Shown: positions 38,827 to 48,902, counted from the stretch's first letter. The stretch is 64,000 bases of DNA from Alphaproteobacteria bacterium (GCA_965232515.1 CBDDPY010000002.1:5312001-5376000), one strand, 5' to 3'. Notes: generated by a model not told the origin, from the letters alone. Translations and numbers: made by a program.

Positions 38827-38906
38827 GGCTTGACTGCCTTTTCGTTGAGCAGGACACGGCAGGGACGCCCGAGTCAAGTCGGACCGGACGTCCCGCCATT
38901 CAGCGG

Positions 38907-39482
38907 TTACGAAATCTCGACGGTCAGTTCGGCCTCGATCACGACCGGCCGCGAGAGGTTGAAATAGTTCGGCGAGGTCCTGATCACCGTCTCGTGGATT
39001 TCCTGGAACTGCGCCGGCGTGCCGTCGCCCTTGATGCGCACGACATAGCGGATTTTCTCGTAACCGGGCTTGACCGCATCGTCGATGCCCAGGAAGCCGC
39101 GCAGGTCGAGCGCGCCCGTGGTTTCGATCTCCAGCTTCTCCAGCATGATGCCGCGCATGGCGGCGCCGGCGACATAGCCCACCGTGATGCAGGCATTGAG
39201 CGCCGTCATCAGCATCTCCTGCGGGTTCGGCGCGGTGTTGGCGCCCAGCAGCTCCTGCGGCTCGTCGACGATGACGTTGAAGTGGCGCGGGATCTTCTCG
39301 CCGCCGATCGTGTAGTAGTCGATCGTGCTTTCACTGCGGGTCTGGCCCTGCCAGGTCGTGTTCACCTTGAACGAGACGATGCCCTTGGACGGATCCTGCT
39401 CGATCTCGCGGATGACGTCGGTGAGTGCGTCGACGTCGATGCCGTTCACCCGGGTGCCAGCGGTATTCTCTGCGACAGACAT
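38907..39482 (-). CDS. OsmC family protein
   Basis: DEPQELLG.NTAPNPQE, LNAC, DLRGFLG, TSP (single Cys). Confidence 0.9.
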   Translation of the reverse strand: MSVAENTAGTRVNGIDVDALTDVIREIEQDPSKGIVSFKVNTTWQGQTRSESTIDYYTIGGEKIPRHFNVIVDEPQELLGANTAPNPQEMLMTALNACITVGYVAGAAMRGIMLEKLEIETTGALDLRGFLGIDDAVKPGYEKIRYVVRIKGDGTPAQFQEIHETVIRTSPNYFNLSRPVVIEAELTVEIS

Positions 39483-39524
39483 GGTCTTCTCCTCGGAGCT
39501 TGGGGTTTGGGTTCCGGTCGGCGG

Positions 39525-40436
39525 TTAGCAGAAGGTCGGCGAGATCTGCTCGATCCGCGCCCGTGCGGCCGGGCTGAGATCGCCCAGCGTCGCCAGGAAG
39601 TTCCGATGCGTCATGCCGGAGCCGAGAAAGGTCCAGCGCAGCGCCTGTCGCTGCACGTCCACGAACCGGCTGCGCTCACTGTCGGTCAGGCGCCGTCCCG
39701 TGGCCCGGGCCAGCGCGTCGAGGTCGAGCGCCACCTGCTGCGTCAGGCCGCTGTCCAGCAGGCGGCTGATTTCGACATATTCGTCGACCGCCTGATCGAT
39801 CTCGTCCGCGCCGCAGGTCTCGGCCAGCGCCGCGATTATCAACGTGTCCAGTCGGGCGTGCTGCGCCTCTTCCATCCAGTGGTGCTTGAGCAGACTGGCG
39901 AACCGCGGATCGAGGGTCTCGTTGTCCTTGACGCTCTCGACATAGTGGCCTTGCGTCATCCATTCGATGTGCAGGATCGTCAGCGCCACCGCCAGCGGAT
40001 GATGCGACAGCACCGCCCGCGCGATCTCCCGCGGCGGCCCGATGACATCGCAGTGCGCGCCGAAGCCGTCCGTGAACGCGACCCGGAACCGGCGGAACAG
40101 GTCGATATGCTTGGCTTCCTCGCTGGCGAAATGCAGGAAGGCGCGGATCCGGCTACTGTCGCCGTGCAGGTGCGGGCGGGCGTGATCCAGCACGAAGGGC
40201 AGGATGAACTCTTCGACCATGCCGAAGGTGTAGAGGTAGCCGTGACCACGGATCTGATTCAGCGTCAGCTTTTCCGCCGCCGTCAGGAAATCGAGCGGCT
40301 CGACCCGGGCCAGCGGCTCCGGCAGGAACGGCTTGCCGAAGTCGAGACGCCTGTCGCCGCCGATGATGTCCTCGACGCGCCAGTGAATGCGCTCGGATGC
40401 GGCGAGCGCGCTGTCGTAGGAATAGGGCAGATCCAT
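39525..40436 (-). CDS. Ferritin-like diiron protein (AurF-like)
   Basis: VEEFI, EEAKH, IEW..Q.HY, EEAQH: two EExxH-type motifs. Confidence 0.8.
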   Translation of the reverse strand: MDLPYSYDSALAASERIHWRVEDIIGGDRRLDFGKPFLPEPLARVEPLDFLTAAEKLTLNQIRGHGYLYTFGMVEEFILPFVLDHARPHLHGDSSRIRAFLHFASEEAKHIDLFRRFRVAFTDGFGAHCDVIGPPREIARAVLSHHPLAVALTILHIEWMTQGHYVESVKDNETLDPRFASLLKHHWMEEAQHARLDTLIIAALAETCGADEIDQAVDEYVEISRLLDSGLTQQVALDLDALARATGRRLTDSERSRFVDVQRQALRWTFLGSGMTHRNFLATLGDLSPAARARIEQISPTFC

Positions 40437-40517
40437 GGTGTGTCTCCTTGCCGGCGCCCGCGCGGCGGCCGCCGGCCGTCGTTGAAACCGTTGCGTCGGG
40501 CGCGACGGAACGCGGAC

Positions 40518-40787
40518 TCAGTCGAGGCTAAGGTGACGGTGGTCGCGGCTGGTGCCGTGGGCCACGGATAGGATCTCGGCCCGGTTCAGGCCGATGTCGC
40601 GTAGCTGCCAGTCGCTCAACGCCCGCAGGGCGTCGACGGTTTGTCGCCGCTCTCGCTGCCGTTTTGCCGCCGCGAGCAGGCCTCCGACGGTATCGAGAAG
40701 GTGCTCCAGCGCGTAGAGCGCCGGCAGGTGGGTACGAAACAGAATGGCCGCCGCATGGGACGGCCCGAATGTCGGTTGGCAAGCCAT
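40518..40787 (-). CDS. DUF1127 small protein
   Basis: RQRERRQ...LRALSDWQLRDIGLNR. Confidence 0.88.
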   Translation of the reverse strand: MACQPTFGPSHAAAILFRTHLPALYALEHLLDTVGGLLAAAKRQRERRQTVDALRALSDWQLRDIGLNRAEILSVAHGTSRDHRHLSLD

Positions 40788-40835
40788 GATTGTCGCTCCC
40801 GTATCGCATGCCGGCCGCTTGCCGGCGGCCTAGAC

Positions 40836-40911
40836 ATGGAACCGCGCTGTGGGAATTTGCGTTGGAACCAGCGTGGAATTTGCGGCGCGGAAGCGTTGGA
40901 ATCGCTGGAGA
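40836..40911 (+). promoter_or_regulatory. Tandem direct repeats (GT(T)GGAA core), candidate operator array
   Basis: GGAA cores at 40838, 40852, 40864, 40875, 40889 and 40898, mostly in the context GCGT(T)GGAA(C/T), within the divergent intergenic region. Confidence 0.6.
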
Positions 40912-40992
40912 ACGGCTGTTTCAACGTGAGCATCGCCTATTTATGGGGCGACGCAGCCCGTTCCTGGGTTGGGCGCGAGACGGGGCCGAGTA

Positions 40993-43900
40993 GTGTTAAA
41001 CTTGCGGTTTTTGGGCGAAATGGAGGTGGCGCAGGACGGCGTGTCGGTGTCTTTGCCGCCGTCGAAGAAGACGCGCGCGCTGCTGGCCTATCTGGCCGTG
41101 ACCGGACGGTCGCACCGCCGCGACCGTCTATGTGGTCTGCTTTGGGACATTCCCGACGATCCGCGCGGCGCCTTGCGCTGGAGTTTGAGCAAGCTGCGCG
41201 CGCTGGTCGACGACGGCGATCTGCGCCGCATTGCCGCCGACCGCGAGAGCGTGTCCTTCCAGGCCGATGCCGTCGAGATCGACGTCTTGAACGTGCGCCG
41301 CCGGCTTGGGCACGGCGTGGACACTATTCCGACCGACGAGTTGACGGCGCTGGCGACCGCGTTCCGGGGCCCCTTCCTGGAAGGCCTCGATCTGCCGGCG
41401 TGTCCCGATTTCCAGGCCTGGTGCGTCGCCCAACGCGAGGACGCGGTGCGCCTGCGGACCCGGCTGCTGGCGGCGCTGGTCGACCGTCTGGCGGAAGCGC
41501 CCGAGGAAGCGCTGGTTCACGCCCGTTCCTGGGTCGAGACCGATCCGCTGAGCCGGCCGGCGCACGGCGCCCTGTTGCGGCTGTTGATCGCGACGGGCCG
41601 CCGCATGGAGGCCGAACGGCAATACGACGCCGGCTGCCGGCTGCTGCGGGAGCTGGCCGATGACGCCGCGGACGAACTGAGCGCCGTGTGGCGGGACCTG
41701 GTGGCGTGCGCGGCGTCGGATGCCGTCGCGGCGTCGACCGCCGAGGGCGCCGCGCCGCTCGCCGCGGCCCGGTCCGAGACCTTGGTCGGGCGTCTGCGCG
41801 AACGGGCGCGGATCTTGGCGGCGCTCGACGAGACGGCGGGTCAGCGCATCGGCCGCGTTCTCCTGTTGTCGGGCGAGCCGGGCGTCGGCAAGACGCGGCT
41901 GCTGGCGGCGCTGATGGCGGCGGCGCGGCAGCGCGACGGCACCGTGCTCGACGGCTGCGCCTACGAGGCCGAAAGCGGCCGGCCCTACGGTCCCTGGATC
42001 GACGCGATCCGCCGCCTGCCGAAGAGCTATGTCGGCGAGACGCTGGGCGGCGACCTGGGTCTGCTGATGCCGGAATTCGGACAGAACGGCCAGGCCGAAC
42101 ACAGCCGCGACCGACTGTTCGGCGCCGTCGCCGAGGTGGTCGCGGCACGCGCCCACAGTGCACCGCCCGTGCTGCTCGTCTTCGACGACATACATTGGTG
42201 CGACGAGGCGTCGGCGGCGCTGTTGCACTACGTGGCGCGGCTGAATCGGCACCGGCCGGTCTTGACCGCGCTGGCGGCCCGCGACGGCGAGCTGCCCGAC
42301 AACGCGCCGGTGCAGCGGGTCTTGCGCGGCCTGCGCCACGACGGTCTGCTCGACGAGATCGCGCTTGGGCCGATGACGGCCGAGGAGACGGCGGAGCTGG
42401 TGCGGACGCTCGATCCGGCCGCCGATGTGGCTCGGGTCTATGCCGAAAGCGGTGGCAACCCGCTGTTCGCGCTCGAGGTCGCGCGGCATGCGCCGCTGCG
42501 GCGCGACGACCTGCCGCGCTCGCTGTCCGAGATCGTGCGCGACCGGATTCAAGGTCTGCCGGCGGAAGCCGGCGACGTGCTGCGCTGGGCCGCCGTGCTG
42601 GGCCAGGCCTTCAGCGTGCGGCGGTTGAGCGCGCTTTGCCCGCTCGACGTCGATGCGCTGATGCAGGCGCTCGAGACGCTGGAGCGGCATGCCCTGCTGA
42701 CCGGGGTCGATGCTGGGCGGCGGCCGGGCGGCGCTTACGCCTTCGCCCACGACCTGGTGCGCCGCGGCGTCTATACCGGGCTGTCGGAGCCACGCCGCCG
42801 GCTGATGCATTGGCGCGTCGCCGAGGCGCTGTCCGCCGCTTCCGAGACCGACGAGGCGGTCGCGGCCGAGATCGCGCACCATGCCGGATTGGCCGGCGAG
42901 GACGCGACGGCCGCGCGCGCCTGCATCGCCGCCGGCCGGCGCTGTTTGCGCCTGTTCGCCAACGGTGAGGCCTATGCGCTGGCGCGGCGCGGCATGCGCT
43001 ATGCGCGTCGGGTTGGTGAGCCCGACAGCGTCCAGCTGTTGCTGGAGCTGAACGACGTCAGCCTGACCGCGCGTCGGACCACACAGATCGAGGATACGGC
43101 GCGGCGCATCGAACGGCTGGCCGAGCAGGCCCTCGACCATGGCAGCGTCGAGCATGCCCGGCTCGGCTTTCACATGGTCTCGACCCTGCGCTGGGAGGGC
43201 GGCGACTGGACCGGCGCCGAACAGCACACCCGGCGCGCCGCCATGATCGGTCGCTCCGGCGATCCCGCGGAGCAGGTGGTGGCGATGGCCGAGACGGCGC
43301 GCTGCCTCGCCATGCTGGAGCGCGATCTCGATCAGGCCGAGGCGCTGCTGCTGGAAGCCGACGCGCTGGCCGGCCGGGCCGGCGTCGAGCCGCCGTCGAT
43401 CCCGTGCGCCCGGGGCATGCTGCGTCTGCACCAGGGTAAGCTGGGCGAGGCCGCCGAAGTGCTGTCCGACGCCCGCGCCCAGGCCCGTCGGGACGGCGAC
43501 CGCTTCGCCGAGTTCCAGGCCATGGAACAGCTCGTGATGCTGGAACTGCAGCGGCCGGACTATGCCGCCGCTGGCCTGCTTGGCGCGGACCTCGTCGCCA
43601 TCGGCGAAAAGCTGCGCGACGGCAGCGAGGCCCCGTTCGCCCATGCCCTGACCGCGCTTGCCCGTTATGGTGAGGGCTGTGCGGACGCGCTGGCCGATCT
43701 CGAAACCGCGCTCGAAGCCCTCAAACTGGCCGACGCCAAGCACCGGCTCGCCTTCGCGCTGACCCGCGCCGCCGGTATCGATTTGTCCCATGGCCGCGCC
43801 GAAGCCGCCCGCGACCGGGCCGCCGAAGCGCTGCGAATTGCCCGCTTGCTGGAGCGGCCGAGCGAGATCGCGCTCGCCCTGGTAACCTCGGCCCGCGCCG

Positions 43901-44043
43901 CCGTTGTGTTGGACGACACCGAGAGGTTTCGGCACGATGCAGCGGCCTTGCACCGGACGGCGCTGCGCGGCGTCTCGGTGCATGTGCGCCGGGCCGCCGA
44001 AGCTCTGCTGAGCGATGCCGGCGGAGGTTTGTGGACGAGGTGA
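40993..44043 (+). CDS. SARP/BTAD-type regulator with AAA ATPase and TPR-like domains
   Basis: wHTH ALLAYLA...LRWSLSKLR, BTAD, P-loop GEPGVGKT, Walker B VFDDIHW, GGNPLF, FAHDLVR. Confidence 0.9.
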   Translation: MLNLRFLGEMEVAQDGVSVSLPPSKKTRALLAYLAVTGRSHRRDRLCGLLWDIPDDPRGALRWSLSKLRALVDDGDLRRIAADRESVSFQADAVEIDVLNVRRRLGHGVDTIPTDELTALATAFRGPFLEGLDLPACPDFQAWCVAQREDAVRLRTRLLAALVDRLAEAPEEALVHARSWVETDPLSRPAHGALLRLLIATGRRMEAERQYDAGCRLLRELADDAADELSAVWRDLVACAASDAVAASTAEGAAPLAAARSETLVGRLRERARILAALDETAGQRIGRVLLLSGEPGVGKTRLLAALMAAARQRDGTVLDGCAYEAESGRPYGPWIDAIRRLPKSYVGETLGGDLGLLMPEFGQNGQAEHSRDRLFGAVAEVVAARAHSAPPVLLVFDDIHWCDEASAALLHYVARLNRHRPVLTALAARDGELPDNAPVQRVLRGLRHDGLLDEIALGPMTAEETAELVRTLDPAADVARVYAESGGNPLFALEVARHAPLRRDDLPRSLSEIVRDRIQGLPAEAGDVLRWAAVLGQAFSVRRLSALCPLDVDALMQALETLERHALLTGVDAGRRPGGAYAFAHDLVRRGVYTGLSEPRRRLMHWRVAEALSAASETDEAVAAEIAHHAGLAGEDATAARACIAAGRRCLRLFANGEAYALARRGMRYARRVGEPDSVQLLLELNDVSLTARRTTQIEDTARRIERLAEQALDHGSVEHARLGFHMVSTLRWEGGDWTGAEQHTRRAAMIGRSGDPAEQVVAMAETARCLAMLERDLDQAEALLLEADALAGRAGVEPPSIPCARGMLRLHQGKLGEAAEVLSDARAQARRDGDRFAEFQAMEQLVMLELQRPDYAAAGLLGADLVAIGEKLRDGSEAPFAHALTALARYGEGCADALADLETALEALKLADAKHRLAFALTRAAGIDLSHGRAEAARDRAAEALRIARLLERPSEIALALVTSARAAVVLDDTERFRHDAAALHRTALRGVSVHVRRAAEALLSDAGGGLWTR

Positions 44044-44048
44044 CAAGC

Positions 44049-44960
44049 ATGCCCGAAGCCGAACGCCAACATATCGCGGTTCGCCGCCTGCACCCGTTGT
44101 TCGCCGCCGAGGTCACGGGCGTCGATCTCACGGCGCCGCCCACCGATGCGGTCTTCGCCGAGATCGCCGCGGCCTTCGATGAACATTCGGTGCTGGTGTT
44201 TCCCGGTCAGCGGCTCGACGACAAGCAGCAACTGGCCTTCGCACGCCGCTTCGGCGACCTCGAGGTGCTGCAGAAGGGCGCCATCGGTGAGCGCACGCTG
44301 CTGGCGGGCATCAGCAACGTCGATCCCGAGACCGACGAGATCATTCCGGCCGACGATCCGCGTCTGTTGCGGCAGTACAGCAACGAGCTCTGGCATACCG
44401 ACAGCTCGTTCAAGCGCGTTTCGGCCAGGGCCTCGCTGCTGCACGCCCGAGAGGTGCCGCCGGCGGGCGGCGACACGTCGTTCGCCTGCATGCGCGCCGC
44501 CTGGGACGCGCTGCCGGCAGCGAAGCAACAGCTGTGCAAGGCGTTGGTCGCCGAGCACAGCTTCGCCTACAGCCGCGGGCTGACCGTGAAGGAGGACTTC
44601 CTGACGCCGGAACAGAAGGCCGAGGTGCCGCCCGTGCCGCAGGCTCTTGTCGTCGCCAACGCCCGCAACGGCCGCAAGGCGCTCTACGTCGCCAGCCACG
44701 CCTCGCACATTCTGGGCTGGCCGCGCGCGCGGGGCCGGGCGCTGCTCGACGAGCTGACGGCGCACGCGACCCGGCCCGAGTTCGTCTACACGCACCGCTG
44801 GCGGCAATGGGACCTGGTGATGTGGGACAACCGCGCCACCATGCATCGCGGCAGCGCCTACGACTACCGCCGCCACCGCCGCGTCATGGTCCGCGCCACC
44901 GTCTCCGGCGACGTGGCCACCGTCAGCGCCGACGTGGCGGCGCGCGTGGCGGCAAGCTAA
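44049..44960 (+). CDS. TauD/TfdA family 2OG dioxygenase
   Basis: WHTDSS, WDNRATMHR; start could be GTG 44031 or 44040. Confidence 0.92.
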   Translation: MPEAERQHIAVRRLHPLFAAEVTGVDLTAPPTDAVFAEIAAAFDEHSVLVFPGQRLDDKQQLAFARRFGDLEVLQKGAIGERTLLAGISNVDPETDEIIPADDPRLLRQYSNELWHTDSSFKRVSARASLLHAREVPPAGGDTSFACMRAAWDALPAAKQQLCKALVAEHSFAYSRGLTVKEDFLTPEQKAEVPPVPQALVVANARNGRKALYVASHASHILGWPRARGRALLDELTAHATRPEFVYTHRWRQWDLVMWDNRATMHRGSAYDYRRHRRVMVRATVSGDVATVSADVAARVAAS

Positions 44961-44971
44961 CGGAGGGATCG

Positions 44972-45517
44972 ATGTCCCTGGTGATCGTTGAACGGGAGTT
45001 TCCCGAGCCCGAGCTGTTCGAGGCGATCGACGCGAAGGGCGATAAGGCCGCTTGGTGCTATCAGCTCTATGGCATTCGCTACGACGGCGGCTACTTCGCG
45101 GCCGACAGTCGGAGCATGATCTGCACCTACGAGGCGCCCGATGCCGAGTCCGTTCGCGCGGTACAGCGCCGCTTTGATATGCCGGTGTCGCGGGTCTGGT
45201 CGGCGACGTTCCATCAAGCGACCGATCTTGCCGCCGCCGACGCCGATGCCGTGGCCACGACCGATGTCGTCGTCGAACGCAGCTTCGAGAGCGCCATCGA
45301 CATCGACGCCTTGCAATCGCGGGAGCATGCTGGCCAATGGTGTCTCGACCTGCACCGCGTGCGCTTCGGGCACACCTATCTGGCGCTCGATTGCAAGCGC
45401 ATGCTCTGCCTCTACCGCGCCCCGGACGCCGAATCCGTCCGCACCGCCCAACGCCAGCTCGACATGCCCGTCGACCGCGTCTGGAGCGCCCAGCGCCAGG
45501 AGCCGGTGCCGTGCTAA
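44972..45517 (+). CDS. Tandem DUF4242-like (SCO4226-like) domain protein
   Basis: VER.F...WC......C.Y.APDAESVR..QR..DMPV.RVWSA occurs twice; GGAGG RBS. Confidence 0.82.
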   Translation: MSLVIVEREFPEPELFEAIDAKGDKAAWCYQLYGIRYDGGYFAADSRSMICTYEAPDAESVRAVQRRFDMPVSRVWSATFHQATDLAAADADAVATTDVVVERSFESAIDIDALQSREHAGQWCLDLHRVRFGHTYLALDCKRMLCLYRAPDAESVRTAQRQLDMPVDRVWSAQRQEPVPC

Positions 45518-45993
45518 CGCCCGCGCGCGTCCGGCAGCGGGGGCAGGCGGCGCGGGACCGGCGATGACTGGATGATCGAGGTGTTGGTCATCGCATAGGG
45601 AATGATGGCGTCGATCAGCGTTTCCAGATCCTCGACCGAACGCACATGCGCCCGCGCGATGAAACAATCCTCGCCGGTGACCCGATCGCATTCGACGATC
45701 TCGGTCCGCGCGTTTAGCACCTCGGCCACCTTCTTGAGCTGGCCCGGGATCGGCCGAATCCGCAGATAGGCGGCGAGCGCTAGGCCCAGCGCCCTCGGAT
45801 CGATCTCCGCCGCGTAGCCCCGGATCACGCCGGCCTCCTCCAGCCGCCGCACCCGCTCCGCCACGCTCGGCGCCGACAGCCCGACAAGGCGCGCCAGCTC
45901 GGCCATGCTTATGCGCGCGTCCCGGGTCAGCGCCTCCAGAATGGCGGTATCCGTCGCGTCCAGCGGGCCGTTTTCGTATCGAAGGCGTTTCAT
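45514..45993 (-). CDS. Lrp/AsnC family regulator
   Basis: DARISMAELARLVGLSAPSVAERVRRLEEAGVI, RVTGEDC. Confidence 0.93.
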   Translation of the reverse strand: MKRLRYENGPLDATDTAILEALTRDARISMAELARLVGLSAPSVAERVRRLEEAGVIRGYAAEIDPRALGLALAAYLRIRPIPGQLKKVAEVLNARTEIVECDRVTGEDCFIARAHVRSVEDLETLIDAIIPYAMTNTSIIQSSPVPRRLPPLPDARGR

Positions 45994-46081
45994 TGAAATA
46001 GCTTTCATATCGTAGGGAAATTGGAAATTATCTGTTCGTTCATTTATATCCAAATGCCGTAGCGCCTTTCAATATTCCGGC

Positions 46082-46951
46082 GTGTCGAGTTCGGAAAAAA
46101 TCTTCACCAGGGCCGCGGCGGCGGTGCCGCCCCATCTCTGGTTCGGCGTCAGCGCGGTGTTCCACTATCTCGGCCCGGCTTTCGCCGTGCTGCTGTTCCC
46201 GGCGGTGGGCGTGCTCGGCGTCGCCTGGTTGCGCATCGCGTCCGCTGCCGTGCTGTTCGCGCCCTGGACCCGGCCCTGGCGCACGATCGCCGCTGCGGAC
46301 GGCCGGACGCGGTGGTTGCTGCTGGGGCTCGGGCTCTGCCTGGCGGTGATGAACTGCGCCTTCTATCTGGCGCTCGACCGGCTGCCGATAAGTCTGGTCG
46401 CCGCGATTGAGTTCGTCGGCACCATCGCCGTCGCCCTTTACGGCCTGCGCACGGGGCGCAACCTCGCGGCGCTGGCGCTCGCCGTTATCGGCGTGTTCAT
46501 CCTGATCGACGTCACCTGGTCGAGCGACCCGCTGGGCCTGTTCTGGGCCTTCCTCAACGGCGCGCTGTTCGTCGGCTACATCGCGCTCGGCCATCGCATC
46601 GCCCAAGGCGGCGCCGGCGGCGGCGTGGAACGTCTGGGCGCGGCCATGGCCGTCGCCTTCCTGTTCGTGCTGCCGGTCGGGCTGGCCGAAGCGCTCGCCG
46701 CGTTCACCGCCCCGATGCTGCTGCTGGCCGGCATCGGCGTCGGTATCTGCTCGTCGGTGATCCCCTATATCTGCGACCAGCTCGCCATGTCGCGCCTGCC
46801 GCGGGCCAGCTTCGCCCTGCTGCTGGCACTACTGCCCGCGACCGCCACCATCATCGGCGTCATCGTGCTGGCTCAGATCCCCAGCGCCACCGACATCCTC
46901 GGCATCCTCATGGTCATGGCCGGCGTCGCCCTGCACAAGCCGGCCGGCTAA
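46082..46951 (+). CDS. EamA/RhtA-like transporter
   Basis: About 10 TM, FYLALDRLP, IEFVG, SSVIPY. Confidence 0.9.
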   Translation: MSSSEKIFTRAAAAVPPHLWFGVSAVFHYLGPAFAVLLFPAVGVLGVAWLRIASAAVLFAPWTRPWRTIAAADGRTRWLLLGLGLCLAVMNCAFYLALDRLPISLVAAIEFVGTIAVALYGLRTGRNLAALALAVIGVFILIDVTWSSDPLGLFWAFLNGALFVGYIALGHRIAQGGAGGGVERLGAAMAVAFLFVLPVGLAEALAAFTAPMLLLAGIGVGICSSVIPYICDQLAMSRLPRASFALLLALLPATATIIGVIVLAQIPSATDILGILMVMAGVALHKPAG

Positions 46952-47265
46952 CGGTCATCGTCGAACACGTCATCGAGCCGCTCCTCGATATCGCGGGGCA
47001 GCGCGCGGTGCGAGTCAGGATCGTGATCGTCGCCGTCACGGACCCGACGGGCGCTGCGGAAGATCAGCAGAAATCCCAGCCCCATGACGATCAGGCCCGG
47101 CGCCTCCGGCGGCACCGTCCAGCCGGCCAGTTCGATGACGAGAACCCCGTCGCTACCGAGGATGATCAGCAGCACGCCCGCCAGGAAGAGCGTCAGGCCG
47201 CCAACGGCGTAAGCGAACCTGACCAGCCCGGAGCGTTGCTTCGGCGCATCTTTGTCGTCAGCCAT
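46948..47265 (-). CDS. Small 2-TM hypothetical protein
   Basis: GGGGGA RBS, two hydrophobic helices, acidic tail. Confidence 0.6.
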   Translation of the reverse strand: MADDKDAPKQRSGLVRFAYAVGGLTLFLAGVLLIILGSDGVLVIELAGWTVPPEAPGLIVMGLGFLLIFRSARRVRDGDDHDPDSHRALPRDIEERLDDVFDDDR

Positions 47266-47412
47266 CCGAAGTCCCCCTGTGCCTGTCATCCGTTGCCCGA
47301 TCGTACCGGTACCAACGACATGACAGCAGTGAACAGGATAACATCCGCCGGTCCGTATTGTGTTTCCCGCGCCGTCAGGCGGCGCGGTCGCGTCTTTTCG
47401 GGGGTCATCTGT

Positions 47413-48285
47413 ATGTCGAGCCGCGGTCACCGGCTTTCGTTTACGCGCTCGCGCACGCTGCTCGGTGTCGGCCTGATGGTCTTCGCCATGCTGATCGTGC
47501 CGCTGGCCGACGGCCTGGCGAAGTATCTGAGCGCGTCCCATTCGCCCGTCTTCCTCAGTTGGGCGCGCTATGCCGCCGGCACGGTGTTCGTGCTGCCGGT
47601 TCTGATCTTCGCGCGCGGCGGTCTGCGCCTGACGCCGGCGCAACTACCGTCCCAGATCCTCCGCACCGTATTCCTGGCCGCCGCCATGACGCTTTACTTC
47701 ATGGCCATTGCCCGGGTGCCGCTCGCCGACGCGCTCGGCGCCTATTTCGTCGCGCCCATCGTCGCCACCGTTCTGGCCGTGCTGGTGCTGCGCGAGCGGC
47801 TGACGCGGCGCAAGGCCGTCGCCGTCGGCCTCGGCTTCGTCGGCGCGCTGCTGGTGGTCCGGCCAAGCGGGGTAATGGATGTCGGCATGGCCTACGCGCT
47901 TGCCGCCGGCCTACTGATGGCGGGTTATCTCGTCGCCACGCGCATGGCGGCGACGACAAGCTCGCCCTTCGTGACGCTGCTCATCCAGTATCTGCTGGGC
48001 ACGCTGCTGCTCACGCCGTTCGCGGTCGTTGCTTGGCGGACGCCGGCGGCCGAGGCGCTGTGGCTGATCCTCGGCATGGGTCTTTTCTCGGCGGTCAGCC
48101 ACCTGGCCTCGATCTACGCCTTTCGCTTCGCCCAGGCCTCGACGCTATCGCCGCTCGTCTATGTCGAGCTGATCTCGGCGACGATCTTCGGCTTCTTGGT
48201 GTTCGGCGATTTCCCGTCCGTGCTGACCTGGGCCGGCATCGCCGTCATTGTGCTCGGCGGTCTCAGCCTGATCGAACGGCGCTAA
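47413..48285 (+). CDS. DMT/EamA family transporter
   Basis: About 10 TM, LRERL, LLVVRP, ASTLSPLVY, FGDFP. Confidence 0.9.
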   Translation: MSSRGHRLSFTRSRTLLGVGLMVFAMLIVPLADGLAKYLSASHSPVFLSWARYAAGTVFVLPVLIFARGGLRLTPAQLPSQILRTVFLAAAMTLYFMAIARVPLADALGAYFVAPIVATVLAVLVLRERLTRRKAVAVGLGFVGALLVVRPSGVMDVGMAYALAAGLLMAGYLVATRMAATTSSPFVTLLIQYLLGTLLLTPFAVVAWRTPAAEALWLILGMGLFSAVSHLASIYAFRFAQASTLSPLVYVELISATIFGFLVFGDFPSVLTWAGIAVIVLGGLSLIERR

Positions 48286-48866
48286 CTGGCGCCGCCGTCG
48301 CTCTCGAGCGCGGCGCCCGTGCGCGCGACGCAGTCCGGGCAGATGCCGTGCGAGATCCGCGGCGTTAAGGGCCCGGCGAACAGGCCCAGCTGACGCACGG
48401 CGACATCGACCTCGACCCAGCCGCGCTCCGGCAGCTCGATCCGGTTGCACCACGAGCAGGCCTTGACGATCTCGTCCGAGCGCGGGGCGGCCGGATCCAG
48501 CAGCGCCACATACGCGCCGGCATGTTCGCGCACGATGGCGGTGTTGATCTCCAGGCCATGGCCGTCGGCCGACCGCACCGACATCTCGAGATCGCGTCGG
48601 ATCCGCGGGCTGTTGCAACGGAACGGCAGCACCGCCTCGGCTTCGCGCGCGCGAACACGATTGAAGATCATGCGTGACAAGGCGACGGTCTCCTGATCGG
48701 CGATGAACCCCCACAGCGACCGACCCAGAACGGCGTCCGGCGTCAGATGCGGCGCGCCGTTGCGCCGCGCGAAGGCCAGCCAATTGTCGCTTACCGCGAC
48801 GATGCGGTCGGCGGCATCGATCCGATACCGCAGCACCGCGCCGTTCCGGTCGGTCATGCCGCGCAT
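48282..48866 (-). CDS. Stand-alone PAS-like domain plus C-terminal Cys4 zinc-ribbon-like motif
   Basis: RID..DRIVAVS.NW..FA..N, VLGRSLWGFI, FRCNSP; CSWC...SHGICPDC. Confidence 0.75.
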   Translation of the reverse strand: MRGMTDRNGAVLRYRIDAADRIVAVSDNWLAFARRNGAPHLTPDAVLGRSLWGFIADQETVALSRMIFNRVRAREAEAVLPFRCNSPRIRRDLEMSVRSADGHGLEINTAIVREHAGAYVALLDPAAPRSDEIVKACSWCNRIELPERGWVEVDVAVRQLGLFAGPLTPRISHGICPDCVARTGAALESDGGAS

Positions 48867-48902
48867 CGTCCGTCGATGTTCGGGCAACCGCGTTGATGTC
48901 GC

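Noticed and set aside
40836-40911. Mini-CRISPR array
   Set aside because: Repeats are only about 7-9 bp with 9-14 bp periodicity, and no cas genes are present. I saw no CRISPR array in the window.
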